From contig CAVTBU010000005.1 in assembly GCA_963733035.1 (NCBI GenBank), positions 2,144,001 through 2,208,000 on the forward strand: a stretch of 64,000 nucleotides of DNA, written 5' to 3'. The stretch comes from Pirellulales bacterium (GTDB taxonomy: Bacteria; Planctomycetota; Planctomycetia; Pirellulales; PALSA-1355). Numbering within the stretch: position 1 is the stretch's first letter; each line of letters begins with the position of its first letter. The notes beneath the pieces are model-generated. The model saw only the letters and a list, made by a program, of their open reading frames with translations, was not told the DNA's origin and ran no database searches. This document shows positions 39,186 through 48,787 of the stretch, piece by piece. Position numbers and translations under genes: made by a program.

Positions 39186-40646
39186 CTAGGCGATTGTGTC
39201 ATGCGTCAGCGAAGACTCGGCAGTCTCGCTGTCGCGCGACGAATTGGCCGACATCGGCAGTCGCACGATGAACATCGCGCCATGTCCTGGTGTGCTATCG
39301 GCCGCGATCGCACCTCCGTGGGCAAGCACGATTGACTGGCATATGCTCAAACCCAGCCCGCTTCCACCGGCGAAGTTCTCGCGCTGCCGCGACTTGTCGC
39401 CTCGGTAAAACCGCTCGAAAATGTGCGGCAGGTCTTCGGGGTCGATTCCCATTCCGGTGTCGGTCACTCGAAGGACGGCCTGTTTCTGTTCATCATCGGC
39501 TCGCAGAGTGACCAGCACGTGTCCGCCGGCGGGGGTGAACTTCAGGCTATTGTCGATCAAATTATTGATCACCTGGCGCAGGCGGTCGGCGTCGCCGTCG
39601 ATCATCATCGGCTCACCGCCGCTGGCGGAAAATCGGACGTCCCGTTCCTCGGCAGCTCCCCGAAACATGTCGGCCGAGCGCTCGACAAGTTTGTCGAGCC
39701 GCACCGGACGCTTGGAAATTGGAAAACGCTGGCCGTCGGTTTCCGCCAGGAGCAGAAGCTGATTGACGAGCACCCGCAACTGGCCGCACTCGTCGGCAAT
39801 TTCGCCAAGCATTTCCTGGTAGGCCTCGACCGAACGTTCGCTGTTGAGAGTCACCTCGATCGCGCTCTGTACGGCGGCCAGGGGCGATCGCAATTCATGC
39901 GCCGCGTTGTCGACGAACTCACGGTGCCGCTCGAGGTAGTCGTGCAGCAGGTCCAAAAAACGGTTGATCGTCATCGAGAGCTTGTCCAACTCGTCACCGG
40001 TACCGCGAATGGGGAGCCGCTCTTTCAATTGGCTGGGACGCAGTCGCGCGGCGGTGGTGATAATCCGCCCCAAGGGGCGCGTGGCGCGGCCGGCCAGAAA
40101 ATATCCCAACAGTGGGGCCACGAATAGAATCACGATTCCCGCGGCCAACATCAGGCGGCTCAACTTGAACATGTCGTTTTGAATGCTCGTCAACGACGCG
40201 CCAACTTGGACCGTGAAATTCGGTAGCCGGCCCTTTTGTATTCGACGCGAAGCCACGCGAAAGCCGTCGATTGTCGTCAACAGGGGTCGGTCCGGTGCCG
40301 GCAGCGCCACGTCGCGCAGGCCGGGTGGCTCGCCCGTCTGAAACACGAGCCCGCCTTGCGCGTCGAGCAGTCGCACGAATAGCTGCCGGTCCAGGTGGCC
40401 GGATGCCTTGCGCCGCATTTCAGCCTTTATCTCGTCGAGGTCCGGATAGTAGCTCTCGACTGCCAAGACAACTTCCTGGGCGTCGTCGAGCAGCACGTGA
40501 TCATTTTCGTTCATCAACGCGAAACGTAAAGCTTCGCGCAGACCCAGCAGCGTGACCACGACGATTAGGAGCACCGCCGCGGTGTTCCACGCACTGAGAC
40601 GGAACCGCAGCGACTGAAATACTGACTTAAGCTGCTCGAAGCGCAT
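39186..40646 (-). CDS. HAMP sensor histidine kinase (CusS/CopS-like)
   Basis: 2 TM, HAMP (GTGDELDKL), AAHELRSPL, NLIDNSLKF, DTGMGI, IFERFYR, GSGLGLSI. Confidence 0.93.
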   Translation of the reverse strand: MRFEQLKSVFQSLRFRLSAWNTAAVLLIVVVTLLGLREALRFALMNENDHVLLDDAQEVVLAVESYYPDLDEIKAEMRRKASGHLDRQLFVRLLDAQGGLVFQTGEPPGLRDVALPAPDRPLLTTIDGFRVASRRIQKGRLPNFTVQVGASLTSIQNDMFKLSRLMLAAGIVILFVAPLLGYFLAGRATRPLGRIITTAARLRPSQLKERLPIRGTGDELDKLSMTINRFLDLLHDYLERHREFVDNAAHELRSPLAAVQSAIEVTLNSERSVEAYQEMLGEIADECGQLRVLVNQLLLLAETDGQRFPISKRPVRLDKLVERSADMFRGAAEERDVRFSASGGEPMMIDGDADRLRQVINNLIDNSLKFTPAGGHVLVTLRADDEQKQAVLRVTDTGMGIDPEDLPHIFERFYRGDKSRQRENFAGGSGLGLSICQSIVLAHGGAIAADSTPGHGAMFIVRLPMSANSSRDSETAESSLTHDTIA

Positions 40647-41298
40647 AGCCGCGCCCTCGGACGGTCTGGATGACGGAGCCTTCGTAGCCCTTGTCCAGTT
40701 TACCCCGCAGGCGGTTGATGTGCACTTCGATGACGTTTGTTGCCCCCTCCCAGTCCGTTTCCCAGAGATGTTCGCAGAGCATCCGCCGAGTGACAACTTG
40801 CCCCGCGTACCGCATGAGAAGTTCCATCATGCTGAATTCGGTGGGAGTCAGGTCGATGTCCTTGCCGTCACGCGTTACCCGCCGCGTGGTCAGATCGAGC
40901 GTCAGCGGACCGGCGTGCATCACCGCCGGCGGACGCGTCACCGTTCGGCGGCAAACCGCCTCGAGTCGGGCCATCAGTTCAACGAGTGCGAACGGTTTGA
41001 CAATGTAGTCGTCGGCACCGGCTTTCAGGCCGTCGACTCGCTCGTCGACCGAACCAAGCGCGGTGAGCACGATGACCGGCGTTTGAATGCCTTGCGTGCG
41101 GAGCTGGCGAAGCACTTCGAGGCCCGGACAACCAGGAAGCATCAGATCGAGGATGATCGCATCAAACTGTTGTCCGCTGGCTAGTTCCAGCCCTCGCTTC
41201 CCGTCCTTGGCCCACATGCACCCATGTCCCAATTCGGAAAGACCCTGCCTGAGGGTCTTCCCGATCAGCGGATCGTCTTCGATCACCAACAGTTCCAA
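40627..41298 (-). CDS. OmpR-family response regulator (CusR/CopR-like)
   Basis: IEDD, ILDLMLPG, LTA, GADDYIVKPF, TNVIEVHINRLR, TVRGRGY; start may instead be ATG 41337. Confidence 0.93.
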   Translation of the reverse strand: MELLVIEDDPLIGKTLRQGLSELGHGCMWAKDGKRGLELASGQQFDAIILDLMLPGCPGLEVLRQLRTQGIQTPVIVLTALGSVDERVDGLKAGADDYIVKPFALVELMARLEAVCRRTVTRPPAVMHAGPLTLDLTTRRVTRDGKDIDLTPTEFSMMELLMRYAGQVVTRRMLCEHLWETDWEGATNVIEVHINRLRGKLDKGYEGSVIQTVRGRGYALRAA

Positions 41299-41403
41299 GG
41301 TTTCGTTTCGGCAGGAAGTCGCCGCTCCAGGATTCATAGCACGATTCCCCATTCAAGTGTATGATCGCCATTTGGCGCGAAGTCGGGCACCAGTGCTGGG
41401 TTG

Positions 41404-41420
41404 CTTACAAATTCGTAATT
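41404..41420. promoter_or_regulatory. cop/CusR-box-like dyad upstream of the response regulator
   Basis: CTTACAAATTCGTAATT (TTAC-N6-GTAA) in an AT-rich patch. Confidence 0.45.
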
Positions 41421-41792
41421 AGGTGAACCATATTGATTTTACGCAGGCTACGGATCCGTGGCCAATTTGGACGACAACGGACAGGGGGATTCGATGCGGA
41501 CACCTCCCGAGGGGAACTCGTCCAAACGTTCTCCGTGCGGGTGTGCGGGGGTTGGAAGCGATCCGGGAAGCTAAGCCGAGAAGTCCTGGACAAATTAGTC
41601 TACAACCCTGCGGCAAAACGCAGGAGCAACCTGATTTCCCCCGGGGTCTGACCGCACGCAAAGGTGCGATGCCGCTGGGTCTGATTGCGCTGACGCCTCC
41701 CTCGCCGAAGGGTTTCTCCCCCGATATAATAGATCGCTTATGGCCGGATGCGAAGTTTATCCGCCCCCCTCTCCCCAGCAAGAAGTGCCATC

Positions 41793-42885
41793 ATGGACCG
41801 GGAATTGATTGATCGGGCGGAAGCGATTCGTCAGCGAGTTGTCCAACTGCGAGACTCTCTTTGACTACGCTGCCAAGCAGCAGGATACCCAGTCCATCGA
41901 AGCCAAGATGGCTCAGCCGGGATTCTGGGAAAATCAAGAAGTAGCCCAAGCCACGATCGCGGACCTGAAGTCGCTGGGGTCGATTCTCAAACCGCTCGAA
42001 GAAGCCATCGGCGCCGCCGATGACCTGGGGGCGTTGGTCGAAATGGCCGAAGAGGATCCTGCCCTTGTGGGCGAGGTCGCCGGCGAAGTCGATCGACTGG
42101 AAGCACTCGTCAATCAGCTTGAGCTCAAGGGTCTGCTTAACGGACCGTTCGATGCCAAAGGCGCGATCATGACGATCCACGCCCGCGACGGCGGCACCGA
42201 CGCCAACGACTGGGCCGAAATGCTTCTGCGGATGTACATTCACTGGGCGCAAAAGAATGAGTACGAGGTCGAAATCCTCGATCGGCAGGACGATATCGTC
42301 GCCGGCATTCAAAGCGCCGCTTTGGCAATTCGCGGACCGATGGCCTACGGCTATCTGAGGGGGGAGACCGGTATGCATCGACTGGTGCGCATCAGCCCTT
42401 TCAATGCCGAAGGCAAACGTCAGACCAGCTTCGCCGCTGTTGACGTGTCACCGGAGATCAGTGATTCAGTCGACATCGAACTTCGCGATGAAGATATTCG
42501 TGAAGATGTCTTTCGCGCCAGTGGCGCCGGCGGACAACACGTCAATAAGACTTCCAGTGCGATTCGACTGACACACATTCCAACCGGCATCGTCGTGCAG
42601 TGTCAGAACGAGCGTTCTCAGCACAAAAACCGGGCCACGGCGCTCAAAATGCTCCGTGCTCGATTGGCACGAGTTGAGGAAGAAAAACGCGAGGCCGAGC
42701 AGGCCGCCAAGTATCACGAGAAGGCCAAGACGGGCTTCGGATCGCAAATTCGCAATTACTTTCTGCACCCCGATCAGCGTGTTAAGGATGTGCGGACCGG
42801 CTACTACGTGGGCAACTTCCAGAGCGTGCTCGACGGCAATATTGACGGATTTCTAGACGCGTATCTTCGCTGGCGGGCGGCCTAA
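41793..42885 (+). CDS. prfB: Peptide chain release factor 2 with programmed +1 frameshift
   Basis: ATG 41793 reads MDRELIDRAEAIRQRVVQLRDSL to CTT TGA C (41859-41865); +1 frame has GGTDA, SPF and GAGGQ. Confidence 0.96.
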
Positions 42886-42891
42886 CGGAAC

Positions 42892-43428
42892 ATGCAGAAT
42901 ACCAGTGCCCCCCCAGAGCAACTGATGGAAGCGGGCGATTTGCGCGTTCGCTTTTTCTGGCAATCCGATCGTTATGCTCATGAGATCTCGCGCCGCGCGA
43001 TGAACGTTTGGCACCCGGCGTGGATGTCGGTCGAAGGTTCGCCGGCCGACGATTGGCCCCCCAGCCCGCCGTTTCAGTCGCTCCATATCCAGCAGCGAGA
43101 CGATGGCCGGACGCTAGCCCTGTTGGTGGGCATGGCAGGCAAGAGCCATTGGTCGGCCAGCATCGAAATCGAAGCGGAATCCCCAAGTGTGCTGTTCGAC
43201 GTCGCTTGTCGTGTGCGCGATTGCGAGGCCGGACCACTGGGAAGCACCTATCGCGCGGCAAAAGGGGCCATCGGGGGCGATGTCGGTCTGGCGATCGAGC
43301 TTTCGCGCCGCTTTGGCCCGGCAACGCTGCAACATGCCGCCGGCCAAACCCGTGTCGTTGCCCAATCGTCGGCGGTCGCGGCACCCCAGACCGTTCGCTG
43401 GGACTATCGCCTGTGCCTTGACGAGTAG
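42892..43428 (+). CDS. Hypothetical protein
   Basis: Starts 6 nt after prfB; DRYAH, SVEG..DDWPPSPP.Q, LVGMAGKSHWSAS, FDVACR. Confidence 0.7.
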   Translation: MQNTSAPPEQLMEAGDLRVRFFWQSDRYAHEISRRAMNVWHPAWMSVEGSPADDWPPSPPFQSLHIQQRDDGRTLALLVGMAGKSHWSASIEIEAESPSVLFDVACRVRDCEAGPLGSTYRAAKGAIGGDVGLAIELSRRFGPATLQHAAGQTRVVAQSSAVAAPQTVRWDYRLCLDE

Positions 43429-43470
43429 TCTCCGGCACGCGCGCCGTTGGTTGTTTCGGCGTTAACTTCG

Positions 43471-44208
43471 CTACTCAGATCCGGCGAGGCAAAGCTGCGC
43501 AAACCCACCCAGTACTCGGCGGCTGAAGGGGGCCATCGCGGCGAGCCCCGCGGGCGTGCCATCACGAATTCTGGCCGGGTCGATGTAGGGAGCCTCGGCA
43601 AGTTCGACGCACATGCTCGGGGCAGCAAGCCAGGTCTCGACCATCTCTGCGGTCATTTCCAGGTGAAATTGGAGCCCGTAGGCACTGGGCCCGTGGCGAA
43701 ACGCCTGATGCCCGCAGGTCTGGCCGCGTGCGAGCCAAGTGGCCCCCTCCGGTAAATCGAAAGTGTCTCCGTGCCATTGGAAGACGGTTTCTCGCGGCGG
43801 GCCGCCGCCGAAGAGGGGATCATCGCCGGCGCCGGGCATTCGTTCGACTTCGTACCAGCCAATTTCCTTGACGCGATTCGCGTACACCGGACTGCCCAGC
43901 GACTTGGCCAGGAGCTGAGCGCCCAGGCAAATACCGAGCGTGGGTAGCTCGGCACTGGTGGCAGCCCGTAGCCAGTCGACCTCGGCAGCCAAATAGCGAT
44001 ACTCGTCCGTCTGATCGACGTTCATCGGCCCGCCCATCACGACCAGGCCTGACCAGTCGGTGGGACGAAATCCGACGCGGTCCAGGTTGATCCACTGGCC
44101 GGCAAAGCAGTCGACGATTTCGAGCTTGAGCCCAGCCGTGCGCAGCGTCAACTCGAGATTGCCGAGCGCCTCGTGGGCAGCATGGCGAACGACCAGCACG
44201 CGCTGCAT
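43471..44208 (-). CDS. Type 1 glutamine amidotransferase (GMP-synthase-like)
   Basis: MGGPMNV, GICLGAQL, EIGW, FQWHGD, LQFHLE. Confidence 0.92.
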   Translation of the reverse strand: MQRVLVVRHAAHEALGNLELTLRTAGLKLEIVDCFAGQWINLDRVGFRPTDWSGLVVMGGPMNVDQTDEYRYLAAEVDWLRAATSAELPTLGICLGAQLLAKSLGSPVYANRVKEIGWYEVERMPGAGDDPLFGGGPPRETVFQWHGDTFDLPEGATWLARGQTCGHQAFRHGPSAYGLQFHLEMTAEMVETWLAAPSMCVELAEAPYIDPARIRDGTPAGLAAMAPFSRRVLGGFAQLCLAGSE

Positions 44209-44417
44209 GGAAAGAGACTCTTAAGTGAGAGCCGGCGGAAGCAACGACATTGTACTCACGGCCGGCGTGCATCGCCAAGCGTGGCGCGATTGCCACCGGT
44301 AAGCTGCGCTGGTGTTTTCGCGGGTCGTTTGTTAACTTGACCCAGCGGATACCGATGACCCGCTTGACACGCCAGAAGCGGGGGCGCGGGGACTAGAAAT
44401 CAGCCGTGGGAGGCATT

Positions 44418-44864
44418 GTGAAGGCCGACGCAAAACTGACCAAGCCAGCTCGCGATCAAATACCCGAGGGCGAAGTGCTGTGCGCTTATTGCACGGCGAA
44501 GTGTTGTCGTTATTTCGCCCTCCCGATCGACCAGCCCGACTCGTTCGAAGACTGGGAATACGTCCGCTGGTACCTGCTGCATCAGGGAGCGACCGTATTC
44601 AAGGAAGACGATACCTGGTATCTGCTGGTGCACGCGGTTTGCAATCATTTGCAGCCCGATCAACGCTGCGGAATCTACGAAACCCGTCCGCAGATTTGTC
44701 GGGACTACTCGACCAGCGAATGCGAATACGAGGACGACTGGTTGTACGAGCAATACATCGAGACCGCCCAGCAGGCGGCCGAGTACGCCGAGGCCATTCT
44801 GCCGAAAAAGAAGGGGGAGAGCATTCGTAGCCCGAAACCGCCGATGCTACCGATCCTGCATTGA
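44418..44864 (+). CDS. YkgJ family cysteine-cluster (Zn/Fe-chelating) protein
   Basis: CAYCTAKCC, C.HL, CGIYETRPQICRDY; start 44406 or 44418. Confidence 0.85.
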   Translation: MKADAKLTKPARDQIPEGEVLCAYCTAKCCRYFALPIDQPDSFEDWEYVRWYLLHQGATVFKEDDTWYLLVHAVCNHLQPDQRCGIYETRPQICRDYSTSECEYEDDWLYEQYIETAQQAAEYAEAILPKKKGESIRSPKPPMLPILH

Positions 44865-44955
44865 GTCGGCGCTGTTCATTCCCTTGCATCGGTCCGGATG
44901 GCGATGCATTTCCAACGCGAAATCGCCGGGCCAACCCGGTCAGGCTGCAATCCAC

Positions 44956-46293
44956 GTGAACGACGTTCAACGCATCGAGCCGCGCACGCTGAAGGGCTTT
45001 CGAGACTATTTGCCCGAGACGATGATTCCGCGCGAATGGATCATCGACACCGCGCGGCGGGTCTATCGCTCCTACGGGTTTGCCCCCATCGATACGCCGG
45101 CGCTCGAGTATCTCGATATTCTGACTGGGAAGGGAAGTGAGGAAACCGACAAACAGCTCTATAAGTTTCAGGACCACGGCCAGCGCTGGGTCGGCATGCG
45201 GTTCGATTTGACGGTGCCGCTGGCGCGGTTCGCGGCCCAGCACATCGGACAACTGGGCACTCCCTTCAAGCGCTATCACATCGCCACGGTGTGGCGCGGC
45301 GAGAACACGCAACGCGGCCGCTATCGCGAGTTCATGCAGTGCGACTTCGACACCATCGGCACGCTGGCCCTCTCGGCGGACGTCGAGACGGCGCTTGTGA
45401 TCCACGATCTGTTCCAGTCCCTGGGAATTCGCGATTTCGCGATCCGCGTCAACAACCGCCAGGTGCTTACCGGTTTGCTCCAGCGGTTCGATTTGTCGAG
45501 CCAGGCAACCGCCATGTTGCGAGCGCTCGACAAGCTTGACAAGGTCGGCCGCGAAAAGGTGGCGGCCGAGATGGAAGCCACGGCAGGCGCAACGCCCCAG
45601 CAGGCCGACCAGGTATTGCAGCTGGCGGAAATCGAGGGGGCCAACGACGAGATTCTGCAATCGCTCGAACAATTGGCGAGGGGAAGCGAGACCGCGCAAG
45701 CGGGAGTTGCCCGCCTGGCCGAATTGGTTTCCGCCGTCACGGCCGCCGGTGTTTCGCCCCAGCGGATTCGGATCACGCCGTCGATCGCCCGCGGCCTGGA
45801 CTACTACACCGGCACGGTGTTCGAAACGTTTCTGGACGATCTGCCCGGCATCGGCAGCGTTTGTTCCGGAGGCCGCTACGACAATCTGGCGGGGCTGTAC
45901 ACCAAGGAGCAGCTGCCGGGCATCGGAGCGTCGCTGGGGCTCGATCGCCTGTTGGCGGCACTGGAAGAATTGGGCAAGGTGGCCAAGGTAAGCACACCGG
46001 CACCTGTATTTTTGGCGTATTTCGATGCCGGCAGGCTGCACGACTACCTACGATTGGCGGCCGCCATTCGCGCCGCGGGCGTTGGCGTTGAGTTCTATCC
46101 CGAGCCGAAGAAACTGGGGGCTCAACTCAAGTACGCCGACCGCCGCGGCTTCCGATTTGCTATCGTGGCTGGCGAAAACGAATGGTCCTCCGGGACTTGC
46201 CAAATCAAGGACCTGCAAAGCGGCTCGAGCCAATCCGTCACCCTGTCGGAAGTGCCCGAAACACTCCTGTCACTGCTGTCACGAACGGAGTAG
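44956..46293 (+). CDS. hisS: Histidine--tRNA ligase
   Basis: KGFRDYLP, RFDLTVPLAR, GRYREFMQCDFD, RGLDYYTG, GGRYDNL. Confidence 0.97.
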   Translation: MNDVQRIEPRTLKGFRDYLPETMIPREWIIDTARRVYRSYGFAPIDTPALEYLDILTGKGSEETDKQLYKFQDHGQRWVGMRFDLTVPLARFAAQHIGQLGTPFKRYHIATVWRGENTQRGRYREFMQCDFDTIGTLALSADVETALVIHDLFQSLGIRDFAIRVNNRQVLTGLLQRFDLSSQATAMLRALDKLDKVGREKVAAEMEATAGATPQQADQVLQLAEIEGANDEILQSLEQLARGSETAQAGVARLAELVSAVTAAGVSPQRIRITPSIARGLDYYTGTVFETFLDDLPGIGSVCSGGRYDNLAGLYTKEQLPGIGASLGLDRLLAALEELGKVAKVSTPAPVFLAYFDAGRLHDYLRLAAAIRAAGVGVEFYPEPKKLGAQLKYADRRGFRFAIVAGENEWSSGTCQIKDLQSGSSQSVTLSEVPETLLSLLSRTE

Positions 46294-46436
46294 CCGGCGC
46301 GCTGGCGTTGCTTTACTTCCGCACAAAACCTGCAACAATGGCACTAGCCATCTTAGGGGGTGCGATCGATCCCTCGGTGTCGTCACCGGAACGTTCGCAC
46401 GACCTTTCCGACATTCAAAGGCACTGCGGACTTGCC

Positions 46437-46964
46437 GTGGCCAAGCGCGACAACCACTACGAAGCAGCGTTCGAAGCCTGGCTCCGCGAGCGGCGGCTGC
46501 CGTATGTTGCGGTGGACGAGGCGCGGCGAAGTCGGTTCCCGGGAGGCTCGATCAAGAGTCTCGATTTCATCGTCTCGCCCTGTGACGGCTTCTCCTGGCT
46601 GGTCGACGTCAAGGGGCGCCGCTTTCCCTCGGCTGGCGGCAAGCAATACTGGAAAAACTGGTCGACGCACGACGATTTGGTGAGCCTGGCACGCTGGGAA
46701 CGCTGGTTCGGTGAGCGATTTGGCGGCCTGTTTGTGTTCGCTTATAATGTGGTGGGAGATCGTTCGCCGCTCCCCGCCGACCGATTGTTCGAGTTCCGTG
46801 GCGGACTTTATGCCTTCGTGGGCATTCGGGTTCGAGATTACGCAATGCACGCCCGGCGGATTTCATCCCGTTGGAATACGCTGGCAATCTCGGCTCGTCA
46901 GTTTCGACATCTAGCGGCGGCGGCGGAAGACTTTTTTCAAATCGAGAAGGTGGCAACCGCATGA
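46437..46964 (+). CDS. HYExAFE family protein (PD-(D/E)XK-like)
   Basis: NHYEAAFE, YVAVDE, KSLDFIV, LVDVKGR. Confidence 0.8.
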   Translation: MAKRDNHYEAAFEAWLRERRLPYVAVDEARRSRFPGGSIKSLDFIVSPCDGFSWLVDVKGRRFPSAGGKQYWKNWSTHDDLVSLARWERWFGERFGGLFVFAYNVVGDRSPLPADRLFEFRGGLYAFVGIRVRDYAMHARRISSRWNTLAISARQFRHLAAAAEDFFQIEKVATA

Positions 46965-47230
46965 ATCGTTCGCAAGCTTTGCCGGCGCCCTGGTATCGTC
47001 GTTGGTCGCAGCGCATGGTGGTCGCAGCGTTAATTCTGAGCTGTTTGTCGTTCACACCCACGACGGCTCTCGCCGCGAAGAAGAAAAAAGAGGAAGCGCC
47101 TCCAACGAAGTCGTACGTGCTGCCGTACATGATTGTAATGATGATGGTGGGCGTGGGTTTGATGACCGTTTGCCGTCCCGGCAAACGACTCGAACGCGCC
47201 GACGGCAAGAAGGTGGAAGAGGGCGAATAG
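46961..47230 (+). CDS. Small membrane protein (signal peptide + C-terminal TM)
   Basis: ATGA overlap with upstream stop; two hydrophobic segments; CRPGKR after TM. Confidence 0.65.
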   Translation: MNRSQALPAPWYRRWSQRMVVAALILSCLSFTPTTALAAKKKKEEAPPTKSYVLPYMIVMMMVGVGLMTVCRPGKRLERADGKKVEEGE

Positions 47231-47267
47231 CTTCCAACAAAATCACGCCGGACACGGCAAAACAGCA

Positions 47268-47306
47268 AGGGGCTCGGAATCGCATGGTTCCGAGCCCCTG
47301 CCTTTT
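47268..47306. terminator. Terminator hairpin between convergent genes
   Basis: AGGGGCTCGGAA-N8-TTCCGAGCCCCT then GCCTTTT. Confidence 0.75.
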
Positions 47307-47336
47307 AATCTCATCGTTGGATCCGCCAAGCGGCGT

Positions 47337-48530
47337 TTAGCGAACGCCCGTACCAAAGAATCCCGCAATTGCCCCAACCACGGTCCGCTGTTCGCGCGCC
47401 GTCAGTTCAGGAAAGATCGGCAGCGCCAGCGTCTCCTCGGCGGCTCGTTCGCTCTCGGGCAAGCTTCCCTCGGTGTAACCCAGATCCGCGAAGCAGTGTT
47501 GCCTATGAAGCGGAACCGGGTAATAGATCTCCGTTCCGATCTTCTGTGCCGTCAAATGGCTTCGGAGCGTATCGCGGCGGCCGTCCGGAATACGGATCAC
47601 ATATTGATTCCACACGTGTCGACAATTCTGCTTGGCAACCGGCAGCGTAACAACGCGATCGACTCCGAATTCGGCGAATAGCTCACCGTACCGGACAGCA
47701 TTGGCTTGCCGCGCCTCGGTCCAGGCATCGAGATGAGGCAGCTTGACGTTCAATACGGCGGCCTGCAGCGTATCCAAGCGGCTGTTGATGCCAACCACAT
47801 GGTGATAGTAGCGGGGCTGCATGCCATGAGCTCGCAACAGCCGCAGCCGATCGGCCAAACCAGCGGTCGTGGCGGTCAGCATGCCCCCGTCGCCAAATCC
47901 GCCGAGATTCTTAGTCGGGTAGAAGCTGAGGCAACCGATGGCTCCCAGACTGCCGGCCCGACGGCCGTTGAGTTCGGCACCGATCGCCTGGCAGGCGTCT
48001 TCTACGACGTACAAACCGTGCCGCCGAGCGATGGGCGCCAGAGCGTCCATGTCGGCACACTGACCAAATAAGTGAACGGGAATGATCGCTTTCGTTTGCG
48101 GCGTGATGAGCTTCTCGACCAACGCCGGATTGAGATTGAACGTGACCGGGTCGATGTCCACAAACACCGGCCGGGCACCAAGTCGCCAGGCAGCGCTAGC
48201 CGTCGCGAAAAACGTATAGCTGGGCATCAAAACTTCATCGCCTGGCCCCACATCGCAGGCCATCAATGCCAACAACAGGGCATCGCTTCCCGAAGCGCAT
48301 GCCACCGCGTGCGGTGCCTGGCAATAGGTGGCAAGATCGGCTTCCAGTTGCTCGCAATCGGGCCCCAACACGAACCGACCGCTCTGGCAAACCTGGGCGA
48401 TCGCCGCGCCGATTTCCGACTGGAGCGTCTGATACTGCCGACCAATGTCGAGCAACGGGACGCCCACCGGCACACCCGTGACCGAAACCGTGCTAGCGGC
48501 CAGTGAATGCTGGGAGGGAGCGACGCTCAT
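47337..48530 (-). CDS. DegT/DnrJ/EryC1/StrS PLP-dependent aminotransferase
   Basis: SGSDAL, IPVHLFGQ, EDACQAIG, SFYPTKNLG, NSRLD. Confidence 0.95.
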   Translation of the reverse strand: MSVAPSQHSLAASTVSVTGVPVGVPLLDIGRQYQTLQSEIGAAIAQVCQSGRFVLGPDCEQLEADLATYCQAPHAVACASGSDALLLALMACDVGPGDEVLMPSYTFFATASAAWRLGARPVFVDIDPVTFNLNPALVEKLITPQTKAIIPVHLFGQCADMDALAPIARRHGLYVVEDACQAIGAELNGRRAGSLGAIGCLSFYPTKNLGGFGDGGMLTATTAGLADRLRLLRAHGMQPRYYHHVVGINSRLDTLQAAVLNVKLPHLDAWTEARQANAVRYGELFAEFGVDRVVTLPVAKQNCRHVWNQYVIRIPDGRRDTLRSHLTAQKIGTEIYYPVPLHRQHCFADLGYTEGSLPESERAAEETLALPIFPELTAREQRTVVGAIAGFFGTGVR

Positions 48531-48787
48531 GACGGATTACCCCTTGGCGATGAGTTGGATTTGCGAGGATCGGGTTCGCCCTGCACGCCTAGCGTTCCGC
48601 CGGCTCGGCAGACAAGGGCCGCAAACGGTACCGAAAGCGGAGCCTGCGAGTCAAGGTCGACAAACCGGCGATCACGGCAGCAGGCAGCTGCGCGGAGCTC
48701 ACAGTCAAACCGAGCTTACGCCGACTGGCCAGCTAGCCTATCCTGCAGGACTGTTGAACTGTTTGCCTATCGACCTTTGTGCGCCCC

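Noticed and set aside
41423..41812. 129-aa ORF between the response regulator and prfB
   Set aside because: No motifs, Pro/Arg/Gly-rich, overlaps the prfB start and its TATAAT (41725-41730); likely non-coding
44599..46041. Long antisense ORFs (480 aa opposite hisS; others opposite lpxI, livK, argS)
   Set aside because: Shadow frames expected from GC-rich codon bias; no protein motifs
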